Shown here one piece after another: positions 1 through 8,712 of a DNA stretch of 64,000 bases (positions are counted from its first letter, which is position 1; each line of letters opens with the position of its first letter). The notes below the pieces were generated by a model that was not told the DNA's origin, searched no databases, and saw nothing but the letters and a program-made list of their open reading frames with translations. Made by a program: the position numbers and the translations under genes. Origin of the DNA: an uncultured virus (IMG/VR IMGVR_UViG_3300028602_000008) (Duplodnaviria; Heunggongvirae; Uroviricota; Caudoviricetes); the IMG/VR virus record IMGVR_UViG_3300028602_000008; one strand, given 5' to 3'.

Positions 1-233
1 CTGCAACGGGTGTTATGGATATGGCTTTGGATGCGATCGCTTGGGCATACTACAATTTGGCAGGAACAGTTGGATCGTTGTACATGCAAGGAACGCTAGG
101 CGACGTTAAGCTGCTCGGCGGCGGCGCTTGGGCTGTTGCGACGCGTGCCGGGTCGCGGGCGCGTTGTGCGGCTTACTCTCGCTGGTATGCGCATACGTCT
201 TTCGGCGGTCGCTTTGTCGCGGAGCCACAATAA
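1..233 (+). CDS. DGR target protein, 3' end (C-type-lectin/FGE-sulfatase-like fold; probable receptor-binding or adhesin protein), truncated by window start
   Basis: Open frame to TAA at 231-233; C-terminus LLGGGAW...FGGRFVAEPQ is typical of CLec-fold VRs and its DNA matches the TR at 287-403. Confidence 0.9.
   Translation, partial: ATGVMDMALDAIAWAYYNLAGTVGSLYMQGTLGDVKLLGGGAWAVATRAGSRARCAAYSRWYAHTSFGGRFVAEPQ
111..227 (+). repeat. DGR variable repeat (VR)
   Basis: 117 nt ungapped match to 287-403; 29 of 30 mismatches are at TR adenines. Confidence 0.97.
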
Positions 234-242
234 TTGTTATTC

Positions 243-263
243 GGAGTGCGGAAGTCGCACTCC
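243..263. promoter_or_regulatory. DGR target-recognition hairpin/cruciform downstream of VR
   Basis: GGAGTGCG-gaagt-CGCACTCC, perfect 8 bp stem starting 10 nt after the target stop codon. Confidence 0.85.
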
Positions 264-286
264 ATTAATAGGTTGAGCGAGTCTAC

Positions 287-403
287 CTGCTCAGCAGCAG
301 CAATTGGAATAATGCGACGAATGCCAGGTCACAGGCACGTAATGCGAATAACTATCGCTGGAATGCGAATACGAATATCGGCAGTCGCTTTGTCACAGAT
401 CCA
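287..403 (+). repeat. DGR template repeat (TR)
   Basis: AAT-rich copy of the VR (reads LLSSSNWNNATNARSQARNANNYRWNANTNIGSRFVTDP in VR frame), directly upstream of the RT. Confidence 0.97.
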
Positions 404-512
404 GGAAAATCGCGGAGAGCAACTCCTGGCTGGACTCGCTAACCTTGTCGAGAGGCAAAACACACAACGGAGGAGGAAAACAATTAGTACATAATGGAAA
501 GTTGTCTTCCTC
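401..512 (+). ncRNA. Structured spacer of the DGR template RNA between TR and RT
   Basis: Stems CCAGGA(401-406)/TCCTGG(424-429) and GAGGAAAACAAT(473-484)/GTTGTCTTCCTC(501-512); position matches the priming spacer of characterised DGRs. Confidence 0.65.
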
Positions 513-522
513 ATAAATTATC

Positions 523-1521
523 ATGAAACGACACGGAAATCTATTTGGGAAGATAACGGATTTGGATAATATATATTTAGCATATGCTAAAGCTAAAAAA
601 GGAAAAAGTTGGCAGAATACGATTAGTCGGTTTGATGATGACTTGGATGAAAATATATTTAATATTCGAGATTCGTTAATTGAAAAGACGTTTACAACAT
701 CATCGTATATTGAAAAAATGATATATGAACCAAAACAAAGAATCATTTACAAGTTACCCTTTAACCCAGATAGAGTCGTGCAACACGCCTTAATGAATAT
801 ATTAGAACCAATATGGAATGGATTGTTTATTTACGATTCGTATTCATGCAGGATCGGAAAAGGCATCCATGCTGCCAGCCGACGAACTATGGATTTTATT
901 CGAGCTACAGGACCTGGTTCATATTGTTTGAAAATGGATATCAGAAAATTCTATCCATCTATAGAGCATGATATTCTTTTTGATATAGTAAAAAGAAAAA
1001 TCAAATGTGAAGATACTCTTTGGTTATTAAAGGATATAATTTACAGTATTCCCGAAGGCAAAAATATACCCATTGGTAATTATTCTAGTCAATGGCTTGG
1101 AAATTTATACATGAACGAATTAGATCAGTATTTAAAACACCACCATAGAATAAAACATTACATTCGATATTGCGATGATTTTATAATATTACACCAAGAT
1201 AAAAAGTTTCTTGGTAAAATGGCACATGATATAGAAGGATTTTTGATGGATACTCTAAAATTAAAACTGAGCAAGAATGACATTTTTCCGATTAGCCAAG
1301 GAATAGACTTTTTAGGTTATCGACATTTTCCTAACCATATTTTAGTTAGAAAATCCACAGCGACTAGAATTAAACATAGAATGCATGAACTTCCGGGAAA
1401 ACTGTATCGAGGTGAAATAACCCCAGACCAATATCAATCTTCAATTGCATCAACCAAAGGTTGGCTTCTTTGGGCAAACAGTTATAACTTTATGCGGTCA
1501 TTGGAGCTTACTAATGCCTGA
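523..1521 (+). CDS. DGR reverse transcriptase
   Basis: 332 aa; DRVVQHA, LKMDIRKFYPSI, PIGNYSSQ (DGR-type SQ motif), RYCDD, GIDFLGY; no maturase or endonuclease domain. Confidence 0.97.
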   Translation: MKRHGNLFGKITDLDNIYLAYAKAKKGKSWQNTISRFDDDLDENIFNIRDSLIEKTFTTSSYIEKMIYEPKQRIIYKLPFNPDRVVQHALMNILEPIWNGLFIYDSYSCRIGKGIHAASRRTMDFIRATGPGSYCLKMDIRKFYPSIEHDILFDIVKRKIKCEDTLWLLKDIIYSIPEGKNIPIGNYSSQWLGNLYMNELDQYLKHHHRIKHYIRYCDDFIILHQDKKFLGKMAHDIEGFLMDTLKLKLSKNDIFPISQGIDFLGYRHFPNHILVRKSTATRIKHRMHELPGKLYRGEITPDQYQSSIASTKGWLLWANSYNFMRSLELTNA

Positions 1522-1801
1522 ACGATTTGGTGATTTTGCGGAAGAGGAAGCTTTTGATGGAGACAAGCTTCGGCTAGATGAAATTCTAGATAAAGAGATC
1601 TTAGTTAGTGGTTTCAAAATCAAAGATAGTCATCAGAAGAAAGATACCCAATATCTTACAATTCATTTTACGTTGAATGGGAAACAACATATTACTTTTA
1701 CAGGCTCGACCGTGTTGATGGACCAACTCAAGAAATACGAATCACATTTACCATTTTTATCAGTCATCAAAAAAATAAATCGTCATTATACGTTTTCGTG
1801 A
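1514..1801 (+). CDS. Small protein coupled to DGR RT (candidate accessory factor)
   Basis: ATG at 1514 overlaps RT stop; 95 aa, beta-rich pattern with FTGS motif. Confidence 0.75.
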   Translation: MPERFGDFAEEEAFDGDKLRLDEILDKEILVSGFKIKDSHQKKDTQYLTIHFTLNGKQHITFTGSTVLMDQLKKYESHLPFLSVIKKINRHYTFS

Positions 1802-1808
1802 GGTAGTT

Positions 1809-2105
1809 ATGAGAGGATATCCAAGAAACCCCAACGCTTTGACGAAAGTAGATATATTGAATCTACTTTCCATGCCGGAACATGCGGAAAAGGCAGCCAA
1901 GGATCTAGCGGAATTAGCTAAAATAGATGACAGTAAGATTATAGTTGACAAAGGAACACAAGAGCGACCAGATATAAAACAGGTAGATAATCCTTTTCCG
2001 AGCTGGAAAAGAACTGGATTTCGAAGTAAGGAGGAGATGCTGACTATTGCGAAAGTGAAATTAGAACCAGCACCAATTGAAGATCCGGTCGAGAAGGAAG
2101 GATAG
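1809..2105 (+). CDS. Hypothetical protein
   Basis: GAGGT RBS, co-oriented with the DGR operon. Confidence 0.7.
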   Translation: MRGYPRNPNALTKVDILNLLSMPEHAEKAAKDLAELAKIDDSKIIVDKGTQERPDIKQVDNPFPSWKRTGFRSKEEMLTIAKVKLEPAPIEDPVEKEG

Positions 2106-2110
2106 CTGGT

Positions 2111-3268
2111 TTAACCCAGCTCTCCCCATCCTTTTTTCCATAAATCGCTTAGCCGTCCAAAGTACTTTGTGTACCTGGGTGCTACTGCTTCCATGGAATA
2201 TTGGCTAACGGCCCAGTTCCTGCAGGCCTTGGGTTTGATTTTGCCCACATTCTTGGCTGCATTTACGAAGTCTCTGAGCACCATTCCCCGGTACCCAGTC
2301 ACGCCCTGCTGAACGGTCTCCGTGTAGCACCCAAAGTCCGTAGTGATCACGGGACAGCCGCTCATCATGGCCTCAACCGCTACCCCTTCGAAAGGCCCGA
2401 TGTACTTGGTGGTCGAAAACAGGCCTTTGGCGTGAGACAACAGCTCAATTTTCTCTTTCTCTGATACGTATCCTATGTACTCCACGTTCGGGGAGCTGAG
2501 GTCAACCGTCTCACCCGGCTGGCCCGCCAGGATGAGATGGCCGCCCATTGCATCCATGGTCTGGATAGCGATGTCAATGCCCTTTCTGCCGGCGATTCTG
2601 CAGTTCATGAAGAAATAATCTTCCTTATTTCCGATACGGTAATGATCCTTATCGTAGAAGTTCGGGATCACATCATCGTACCAATCGCCATCTACGAACA
2701 TCTTGCTCTGCGTCCACGCCTTATAAATTCCGTAGACGTAGTGCCTCCATGCATTGCTTTCGAAGACATGGTGGCAGTTCAGCAAAATCCCGTCATAGCC
2801 TATCCCGCTTTCAACTAGGAAGGGATACCCGTTGGCCTTTTCTACGCCGCCCTGGGCTACCGGCCTGCAAATCTCCTCATAATAATTTCCCATCGGATTA
2901 CAGAGAATATCTCCTGGTTCAACCCTTTCTAAGATCTCCCTGATTGCGTTCGTCTTGAAGATCTTGTAGGCTGGATCATCCCTACCATGCTTGAAGAATT
3001 GACTTGAGAAGTCCTCCAGAGGACCATAGATCCGCAGCCTATCTGCCTCGGACAGGACATCAACGGTTTCCTTAGCGACAACCTTGCTGCCCTCGACTCC
3101 GTAGAAAATGATGTCGAACTTGGGTGACATCATCTCACAGAACCTTCGGATCTTCTGAGTATAAGCGCAAGCGAATACCGGGTCTGCTGCTACGGTTGGT
3201 AGATGTGCCAACCCCATAACATGCAATCTTGGGGGCATCAAAGCCTTCGTATAAACTTTCTCAGTCAT
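2111..3268 (-). CDS. Glycosyltransferase, GT4/GT-B family
   Basis: RKG...PFEGVAVEAMMSGCPVITTDFG GT4 signature; start trimmed to MTEKVY. Confidence 0.9.
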   Translation of the reverse strand: MTEKVYTKALMPPRLHVMGLAHLPTVAADPVFACAYTQKIRRFCEMMSPKFDIIFYGVEGSKVVAKETVDVLSEADRLRIYGPLEDFSSQFFKHGRDDPAYKIFKTNAIREILERVEPGDILCNPMGNYYEEICRPVAQGGVEKANGYPFLVESGIGYDGILLNCHHVFESNAWRHYVYGIYKAWTQSKMFVDGDWYDDVIPNFYDKDHYRIGNKEDYFFMNCRIAGRKGIDIAIQTMDAMGGHLILAGQPGETVDLSSPNVEYIGYVSEKEKIELLSHAKGLFSTTKYIGPFEGVAVEAMMSGCPVITTDFGCYTETVQQGVTGYRGMVLRDFVNAAKNVGKIKPKACRNWAVSQYSMEAVAPRYTKYFGRLSDLWKKGWGELG

Positions 3269-4784
3269 TTGAACTCCTCGAAACTCTTCCCGGTGCAGCC
3301 ATGGCTTCAAATCTCTCACTACCGGGCAGAACCTTCATTAGAATATCCTTAGCCCAGGGCTTAGCTATTGGTTTTACTGTAGCTGGCTTCTTGAACCTGA
3401 CTATGACCAACTGCGTTCTGAGCCTGCCGAAAGGATGGGTGTAATCGTCGATCTCGGGCATGATCTTGACAGCATACACGCTTCGGTCAATGGCATCGAC
3501 CACGGCCTTGGCCCCAATGAAAGGTAGCTCTGGGAAGTAGTCATCCAGTACGACCACAGTATTTTCATGCATCGATGTTTTTGCAAATTCCCAGTCACTC
3601 TTAATTGTTTCAAGCGAGTGCCCTCCGTCTATGAACATCAAGTCAATCGGCGGCCAGCTCTCGGGCGACAGGCGGGGCAGCTCCCTGGAGTCCATCTCCG
3701 CCAGAGTGATGGTTGCCTGGGTTTCTGTCTCCAGCCGGGCCTTCACCACAGCCATCTTCGGAGGAACGTATCCTCCGGTGAACTCAGCTTCCCATTGATC
3801 CGGCTTTCCGCTATCGAAAAGGTCTATCCCGAAGTACCTGATATTCTTCTCACCCTCGGCCTCCCCGGCGAGCTTAATCATTCCTATTGCAGTCTCTCCG
3901 GATGACGTACCTATTTCGAGAACGGTCTTCGGCTGAGAACTTCGAATAGCCTCAAACAGGCCCTTGTAGTGCTTTCCACGAGCACTTAGGTATGCTTCCT
4001 CATTCCAAGGCGCTCTCACGTTCCATTCATGGATTGGCAGGATTTCCCTTATCAGCCTGGCCAGCAGCGAGACGCTGGTTCGCACCCATTCTGCGTCAAT
4101 CGTATCAAAGATGGTTGCCGCTTTCGAATAGAGATGTACGACCCTGGTCTCTTTGGGCAGCGTTACCAGCTCCGCAGGATCTTCCCTATATATCGCACTT
4201 ATTTCGTTACCACCAAAGGGATTCAATACCAAATGCGGCGTTATCTTGAACCCACGAGCCAGGTTCTCACAGGCGATGGTGCTCAAAATAATCGGCCCGG
4301 TCAGCCCCCATGGGATACCTTCCATACCCATTATGGCATCAGTGAACCGTCTAATCGCCTTCGTGAGATGGGTGCCGGGTACAGCCATCACCACTGCGCT
4401 ATTGAACGGGAACGGGATGCTCTCGTAATCCTCGACATCCAAGCTTGCCGTCATCAGATCATCATTTATTAGATCTGAAATGTCTTTGATGCATATGGTA
4501 TCGAGATCAAGAACAATCCCCCCCACCTCATCCAGCACACGCCACATGACAAAATCCTTTGCATGTGTAAACTGGAAAGTGGGTGTCGTCTTTCGCAATG
4601 CCGGCATGTCCAAGACTATCGGCATTAGGGTTACCAGAGGGGCGATCTTGTCAAAATAGATCCCAGTTGGTTTTACGGTGTACCAAATGTTGACTCTTTC
4701 AACATGTTGGGTTGCGATAGCGGTCTGAACAGCTATCATGTGCATGTATTTGAAAGGGCCAGTACTGACATAATGTAACTCCAT
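3261..4784 (-). CDS. Fusion: DxD glycosyltransferase (GT32-like) + class I SAM methyltransferase
   Basis: N-half GGIVLDLD, WGLTGP; C-half VLEIGTSSG, MFIDGGHS, VVLDDY. Confidence 0.85.
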   Translation of the reverse strand: MELHYVSTGPFKYMHMIAVQTAIATQHVERVNIWYTVKPTGIYFDKIAPLVTLMPIVLDMPALRKTTPTFQFTHAKDFVMWRVLDEVGGIVLDLDTICIKDISDLINDDLMTASLDVEDYESIPFPFNSAVVMAVPGTHLTKAIRRFTDAIMGMEGIPWGLTGPIILSTIACENLARGFKITPHLVLNPFGGNEISAIYREDPAELVTLPKETRVVHLYSKAATIFDTIDAEWVRTSVSLLARLIREILPIHEWNVRAPWNEEAYLSARGKHYKGLFEAIRSSQPKTVLEIGTSSGETAIGMIKLAGEAEGEKNIRYFGIDLFDSGKPDQWEAEFTGGYVPPKMAVVKARLETETQATITLAEMDSRELPRLSPESWPPIDLMFIDGGHSLETIKSDWEFAKTSMHENTVVVLDDYFPELPFIGAKAVVDAIDRSVYAVKIMPEIDDYTHPFGRLRTQLVIVRFKKPATVKPIAKPWAKDILMKVLPGSERFEAMAAPGRVSRSSND

Positions 4785-5299
4785 TAAATATCCTCCGGAA
4801 AATTTAATACTGCAAATAAACCATATCGTACTTTTGCCTCGGCGTCATATGCGCGAGCAGCGTCTTCTTCCGTATCAAAATATCCTAACCATGTTCGTGT
4901 TCCCCCCTGAATAGCCGCACTCCATTTTTCATCTCGTTTATGCCACCACACACCTTTAAATTGACTAGATTTTGATTTACCCTGTACTCGCTGATTACGT
5001 AAATTTTCGGATTTGGTAGCTAATCTTATATTTGATCGACGATTATCCCGCCCATCGTGGTTTTTATGATCGGTTTCCTCATTTTTTTTAAGTGATCTAC
5101 CTATCATACGCTCCAATATAACACGATGCATCCTAATATTCGGTTTTCCTCGACCCATTCGACTATCTCGAACAGCATACCAAATTGGATTTGATTTCCT
5201 ACCTTGTCTAACTACAGACCATTTAAAATTAACTAAATCAGCATCAACCTCATCAACAACAGCAACTTGATCTTGGGTTAATGGGATTTTTATTACCAT
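4784..5299 (-). CDS. HNH-AP2 homing endonuclease
   Basis: MHR...[16 protein letters not shown] followed by AP2 (SQFKGV...[15 protein letters not shown]); AT-rich relative to neighbours. Confidence 0.92.
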   Translation of the reverse strand: MVIKIPLTQDQVAVVDEVDADLVNFKWSVVRQGRKSNPIWYAVRDSRMGRGKPNIRMHRVILERMIGRSLKKNEETDHKNHDGRDNRRSNIRLATKSENLRNQRVQGKSKSSQFKGVWWHKRDEKWSAAIQGGTRTWLGYFDTEEDAARAYDAEAKVRYGLFAVLNFPEDI

Positions 5300-5320
5300 A
5301 AAAACCTCGAAAAAAAATAG

Positions 5321-5548
5321 TTACTCCGGACTTTCCGGAGAGAATTCAGCGTTTATGGCATCACCCAGCTTCACAGAGCCGAATAACTCCTCAGCTCCAT
5401 CCTTGTCGGGGCCACTGACCGTCACTACGACCTTGTAAGCCAGATCATCGATGATCATGGTTGCTGTGGCTTTGGTGACAAATGCCAGCTTTTTCTTTCC
5501 GTCTCCCTGCAGCTTAGTGGGTTTAGGTCCACTTTCGAGTATTTGCAT
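5321..5548 (-). CDS. Hypothetical protein
   Basis: Co-oriented ORF abutting the MC1 gene. Confidence 0.65.
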   Translation of the reverse strand: MQILESGPKPTKLQGDGKKKLAFVTKATATMIIDDLAYKVVVTVSGPDKDGAEELFGSVKLGDAINAEFSPESPE

Positions 5549-5549
5549 T

Positions 5550-6110
5550 TCAAGTGCCAATTGGAATCCACTCCGATCCGAGCTTTTCTACCTTCGGGAT
5601 GTTGATCATAGCCGGCATCCAATCCGGGTCTTTATCCAGTTTGGCCCTTTGAATCCGAGAGCCAGTGAAGTAATGAATTTTGTACTCAACTACATTACCC
5701 TCAGCAGTCTTTCGGGTTCTACGTTTTCCGGTTTCCCGGATAGCGATATTAACTACGCCGGTATTGGCAATCTTCAGAGCAGCTTGGCGAGGAGACTTAC
5801 CAGTGTATTTTCCGATATCGTTATGATCAGTATCAAGAAGCATGTAATTCCGCTTTTCAGAATCGGGGGGATGAGCCCTATGGGGCTCCGACTTGAAGGC
5901 CTGCTTTTTCCCACCCTTTGCCTTAACAGATTTCTTTCCCTTAGTTGCAGATGCAGCCTTGACTATAGGTGCCTTAGTAGCTACGGGTTCTTTGGTAACT
6001 ACAGGTTTGGTTGCTGGGGTTTTCTTTATCTTTACGGTTTCCGGAACTACGGAAACTTTACCAGCGTTAGCGATTGCTGGTTTTTTCGGCGTTTTCTTAG
6101 GCTTAGCCAT
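5550..6110 (-). CDS. Chromosomal protein MC1 homologue with Lys/Ala/Pro/Thr-rich N-terminal extension
   Basis: C-half KRNYMLLD...GKYTGKSPRQAALKIAN...IRETG...KIHYF...PDWMP..I..PKV matches MC1 motifs (TGKQPRQAALKAANRG, PAWMP). Confidence 0.88.
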   Translation of the reverse strand: MAKPKKTPKKPAIANAGKVSVVPETVKIKKTPATKPVVTKEPVATKAPIVKAASATKGKKSVKAKGGKKQAFKSEPHRAHPPDSEKRNYMLLDTDHNDIGKYTGKSPRQAALKIANTGVVNIAIRETGKRRTRKTAEGNVVEYKIHYFTGSRIQRAKLDKDPDWMPAMINIPKVEKLGSEWIPIGT

Positions 6111-6112
6111 TC

Positions 6113-7690
6113 TTACTCCTCAGCCTGGCTAGATTCCAACCAGGCCCGAATCTGTTTGCCAGTATCTTCACTGATCGTGAAATAAGGCGTATCAGAGAAT
6201 ACCATTGTTCTATCCTTTGTGACCTGGGCCACATGGCTCGCTTGGTCGATTTCAAGGGCAATGGATACCTCATATTCTATGCCATCCCTGAAGATGATTC
6301 CCATTCCGACTTTCTTGGGCGCTGTGCCCTTGTCAGTCTTCTCAAGGGTATGCTCCATCTTGGACCTTGCCGTGAGAATCACATGCATAGAGCATGTCTG
6401 GATCTTCTCAATCAGCTTGGCATGCAGGGGCGTTACATCCTTCCAAGCAGTGTAGCTGTTACCGGACCTGCTGGCTGCAGTAATCTTGGTATGCAAGTCC
6501 AACAGGCCACCATCAGCAGTCCATGCATGGGTTAGCGAATCGATGATCATTACTTTTATGCCGGCCTTCTCAGCCATATCCATGGCTTGGATGTATCGGG
6601 AGACCGTGTAAGGAGCCTGCAGGGTGATCGTCTTATACTTGCCGATCTTTACCCCGTCAACTACCGAACCGACATACAGTGCTCCTGATTTGTTCTCAGT
6701 ATCCAAGATACAGATCTCGCCCCAGGAGTCACACAGGCCGCGGGCCAGGAGCAATGCACCCAGCGTCTTACCTCCACCGGAGGGAGACGAGATCATGATC
6801 TTGATGTAAGCCATCTCTCTGGCTGCATCCTCCATGACCAGCTCACCAGGGGCCGCCTGGGGGGCCTTGGGGGGTACGGCTGGGGCAGGCTTAGACTTGG
6901 ACAGATCCTTCTTGGGAGGAGCTGCAACTTTGCCGTTCATAACGTCATCCAGTGATGGGCCATCTTCCTCAGTTGCATCGGGTTCTGCAGCCATTGGCTC
7001 ATCAGGCGGATCTACTTTAGGAGCCGCTTTCTTGCCCCCAATGGTAGCGCTTGCTGCAGCGTCCATGGCCTTTTTAGAGTTACCAAGGGCGTTCTTACCA
7101 GGTGGCACAATCTTTTCTCCAGGGACAGCCACTCCGGTCTTTGTTGCGGCCTCTTTGGCTCGCTGTGCGATCCCATAGGCTGCTGTACCAGGCACCACCG
7201 AATCAGTTTTGGATAAATCTTCTCCCTTAGGAGCCGCTTTCTTGCCGCCATTGGGCTTCTCCGGTTTGGTGAAGTGAGCTGGAGGCTTGTCAGATGGCTT
7301 GGGGCAAGTCCTGCCCAGGCTATCTACCTCGGCATCTTCCTCGGCTGCTGGGGTTTTGGTTGTTGGCCCGGCAGGAGGCTTAGCGGTAGACTTTTTGCTT
7401 ACGGGTAGTGTTTCTTCTTCTTCCTCCTCCCCCTCTTCATTGTGCGCTTCAATAGCGCTCTTTAGGGCTCCCTTGAAGTGCTTATTGATCTTGATCAAGG
7501 ACGAAATCATGACATCATCCTCTTCGTCCGTTGGACTGATCTTGAGGAACTTGATCTCATTTTCTCCCATCTGTTGGAATCCCAAAGTGCCATACGGTGT
7601 CTGAATTACCGCGCTCTCTTCGTCAACTTCTGCGGTATAGCCGAATTTTTCTGCATAATCGGCTGCAAATTCATTTAGAAAGTCTTGCAT
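6113..7690 (-). CDS. AAA_24/Sak4-like P-loop ATPase with long low-complexity N-terminal region
   Basis: SPSGGGKT, LDTE, IIDSLTHAW, RDGIEYE, KDRT motifs. Confidence 0.85.
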   Translation of the reverse strand: MQDFLNEFAADYAEKFGYTAEVDEESAVIQTPYGTLGFQQMGENEIKFLKISPTDEEDDVMISSLIKINKHFKGALKSAIEAHNEEGEEEEEETLPVSKKSTAKPPAGPTTKTPAAEEDAEVDSLGRTCPKPSDKPPAHFTKPEKPNGGKKAAPKGEDLSKTDSVVPGTAAYGIAQRAKEAATKTGVAVPGEKIVPPGKNALGNSKKAMDAAASATIGGKKAAPKVDPPDEPMAAEPDATEEDGPSLDDVMNGKVAAPPKKDLSKSKPAPAVPPKAPQAAPGELVMEDAAREMAYIKIMISSPSGGGKTLGALLLARGLCDSWGEICILDTENKSGALYVGSVVDGVKIGKYKTITLQAPYTVSRYIQAMDMAEKAGIKVMIIDSLTHAWTADGGLLDLHTKITAASRSGNSYTAWKDVTPLHAKLIEKIQTCSMHVILTARSKMEHTLEKTDKGTAPKKVGMGIIFRDGIEYEVSIALEIDQASHVAQVTKDRTMVFSDTPYFTISEDTGKQIRAWLESSQAEE

Positions 7691-7699
7691 AACGCCTCC

Positions 7700-8002
7700 T
7701 TATTTTATGTATGGGTCAAGTGTTTTCGCAGCACTTGGGCCGAATTCTCGAACCATTTGCATCACGAGAATGGCTGCCCAGTGCTTACCAGCTCGAACTC
7801 CGAGACAGAAAGCTCTCTGTTCTCCGGGGGTCATGCCGACCAGGAGGATGGTTTCGAAATCCCCCATGGTTCCAGCACTGTTGACCATTTTAGCCATTCG
7901 TTCTTCGACCCACTGAGCGTCCTTATCAGGAAGCTCCATTGTGTTCTGTTCGGCTGGCTTGTTTGCATCATGAATTTTGTTAAGCTTATCTTGAAAACTC
8001 AT
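7700..8002 (-). CDS. Hypothetical protein
   Basis: Overlapping stop/start in minus-strand operon. Confidence 0.65.
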   Translation of the reverse strand: MSFQDKLNKIHDANKPAEQNTMELPDKDAQWVEERMAKMVNSAGTMGDFETILLVGMTPGEQRAFCLGVRAGKHWAAILVMQMVREFGPSAAKTLDPYIK

Positions 8003-8667
8003 TTAGGTGCATCCTTTAGTGTGTTTTCCGTGCCGAGCAAATCGCCAATCCAAGCCAGAGTTTCCTGCTCATATCTGATGATTGGCAATGTCCTGGCTCT
8101 TATGTTAATGAGAGTCTGTGCCATGATACTCCTTTGCAAGAGGACACCCCTCATGATACCCATCTTGGTATTCAAGGGTAAGTTTGACCATTCTTCTAAT
8201 ATATCATCGATATTGGCAATTTCACCAACGAGCTTCTTGTACTCATTGGCGATAATGTCAAAATTCTGCTGGGAAATGTCCAAGGTTCTCATAATGATGT
8301 TATCAGTATCTAAGTACTCTTTGCATTCATGAAGGAACGTTTGGTATTCTGGACCAGCCATGATCATGGTAGGGGCATCGGCATCCATTTCTGGGTCAGA
8401 CTGGGTTACTTTCTTAGGTCTGACAATTGTCAGAACATCGGCCATGAGGAGCATATCCACATAAACCATGGAATTCGCAAGCATTTTCTCAGAATCCTCC
8501 GGTGTAGATGGGTTACCAGGCATAAGCATGACTGCTATATTTTGTCGAGGAACTTTAAAATTGGGGTTTAACCCAGTAAAACGCATCATGGGTATCTGAT
8601 CATCATACATGGATGCAATTACATCCTGAATCTTTCTCTTATCTTCAGACATTGTGTCAATCTCCAA
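7999..8667 (-). CDS. Hypothetical protein
   Basis: 222 aa ORF downstream of a BRE-TATA motif. Confidence 0.7.
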   Translation of the reverse strand: MEIDTMSEDKRKIQDVIASMYDDQIPMMRFTGLNPNFKVPRQNIAVMLMPGNPSTPEDSEKMLANSMVYVDMLLMADVLTIVRPKKVTQSDPEMDADAPTMIMAGPEYQTFLHECKEYLDTDNIIMRTLDISQQNFDIIANEYKKLVGEIANIDDILEEWSNLPLNTKMGIMRGVLLQRSIMAQTLINIRARTLPIIRYEQETLAWIGDLLGTENTLKDAPK

Positions 8668-8693
8668 AAAGTTATTACTGCATTCGGTTATTT

Positions 8694-8712
8694 CTATTTA
8701 AAGTTTGTGGTG
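8694..8712 (-). promoter_or_regulatory. Archaeal BRE-TATA promoter
   Basis: Minus strand CACCACAAACTTTAAATAG; similar motifs at about 12370-12388, 20099-20117, 31291-31310, 48428-48445, 50135-50153 (-) and 35042-35059, 35823-35835, 63680-63696 (+). Confidence 0.75.

Larger units (their letters stand above)
1..1801 (+). mobile_element. Diversity-generating retroelement cassette (target/VR - hairpin - TR - RT - small accessory ORF)
   Basis: VR/TR pair with adenine-specific mismatches adjacent to a DGR-type RT. Confidence 0.95.

Noticed and set aside
234..494. 86 aa ORF between target gene and RT as a possible avd
   Set aside because: It runs across the hairpin, TR and spacer, has a TTG start and no Avd-like helical pattern
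523..1521. RT as group II intron, retron or Abi RT
   Set aside because: No maturase domain or intron domain V; the SQ motif and adjacent TR/VR pair identify a DGR
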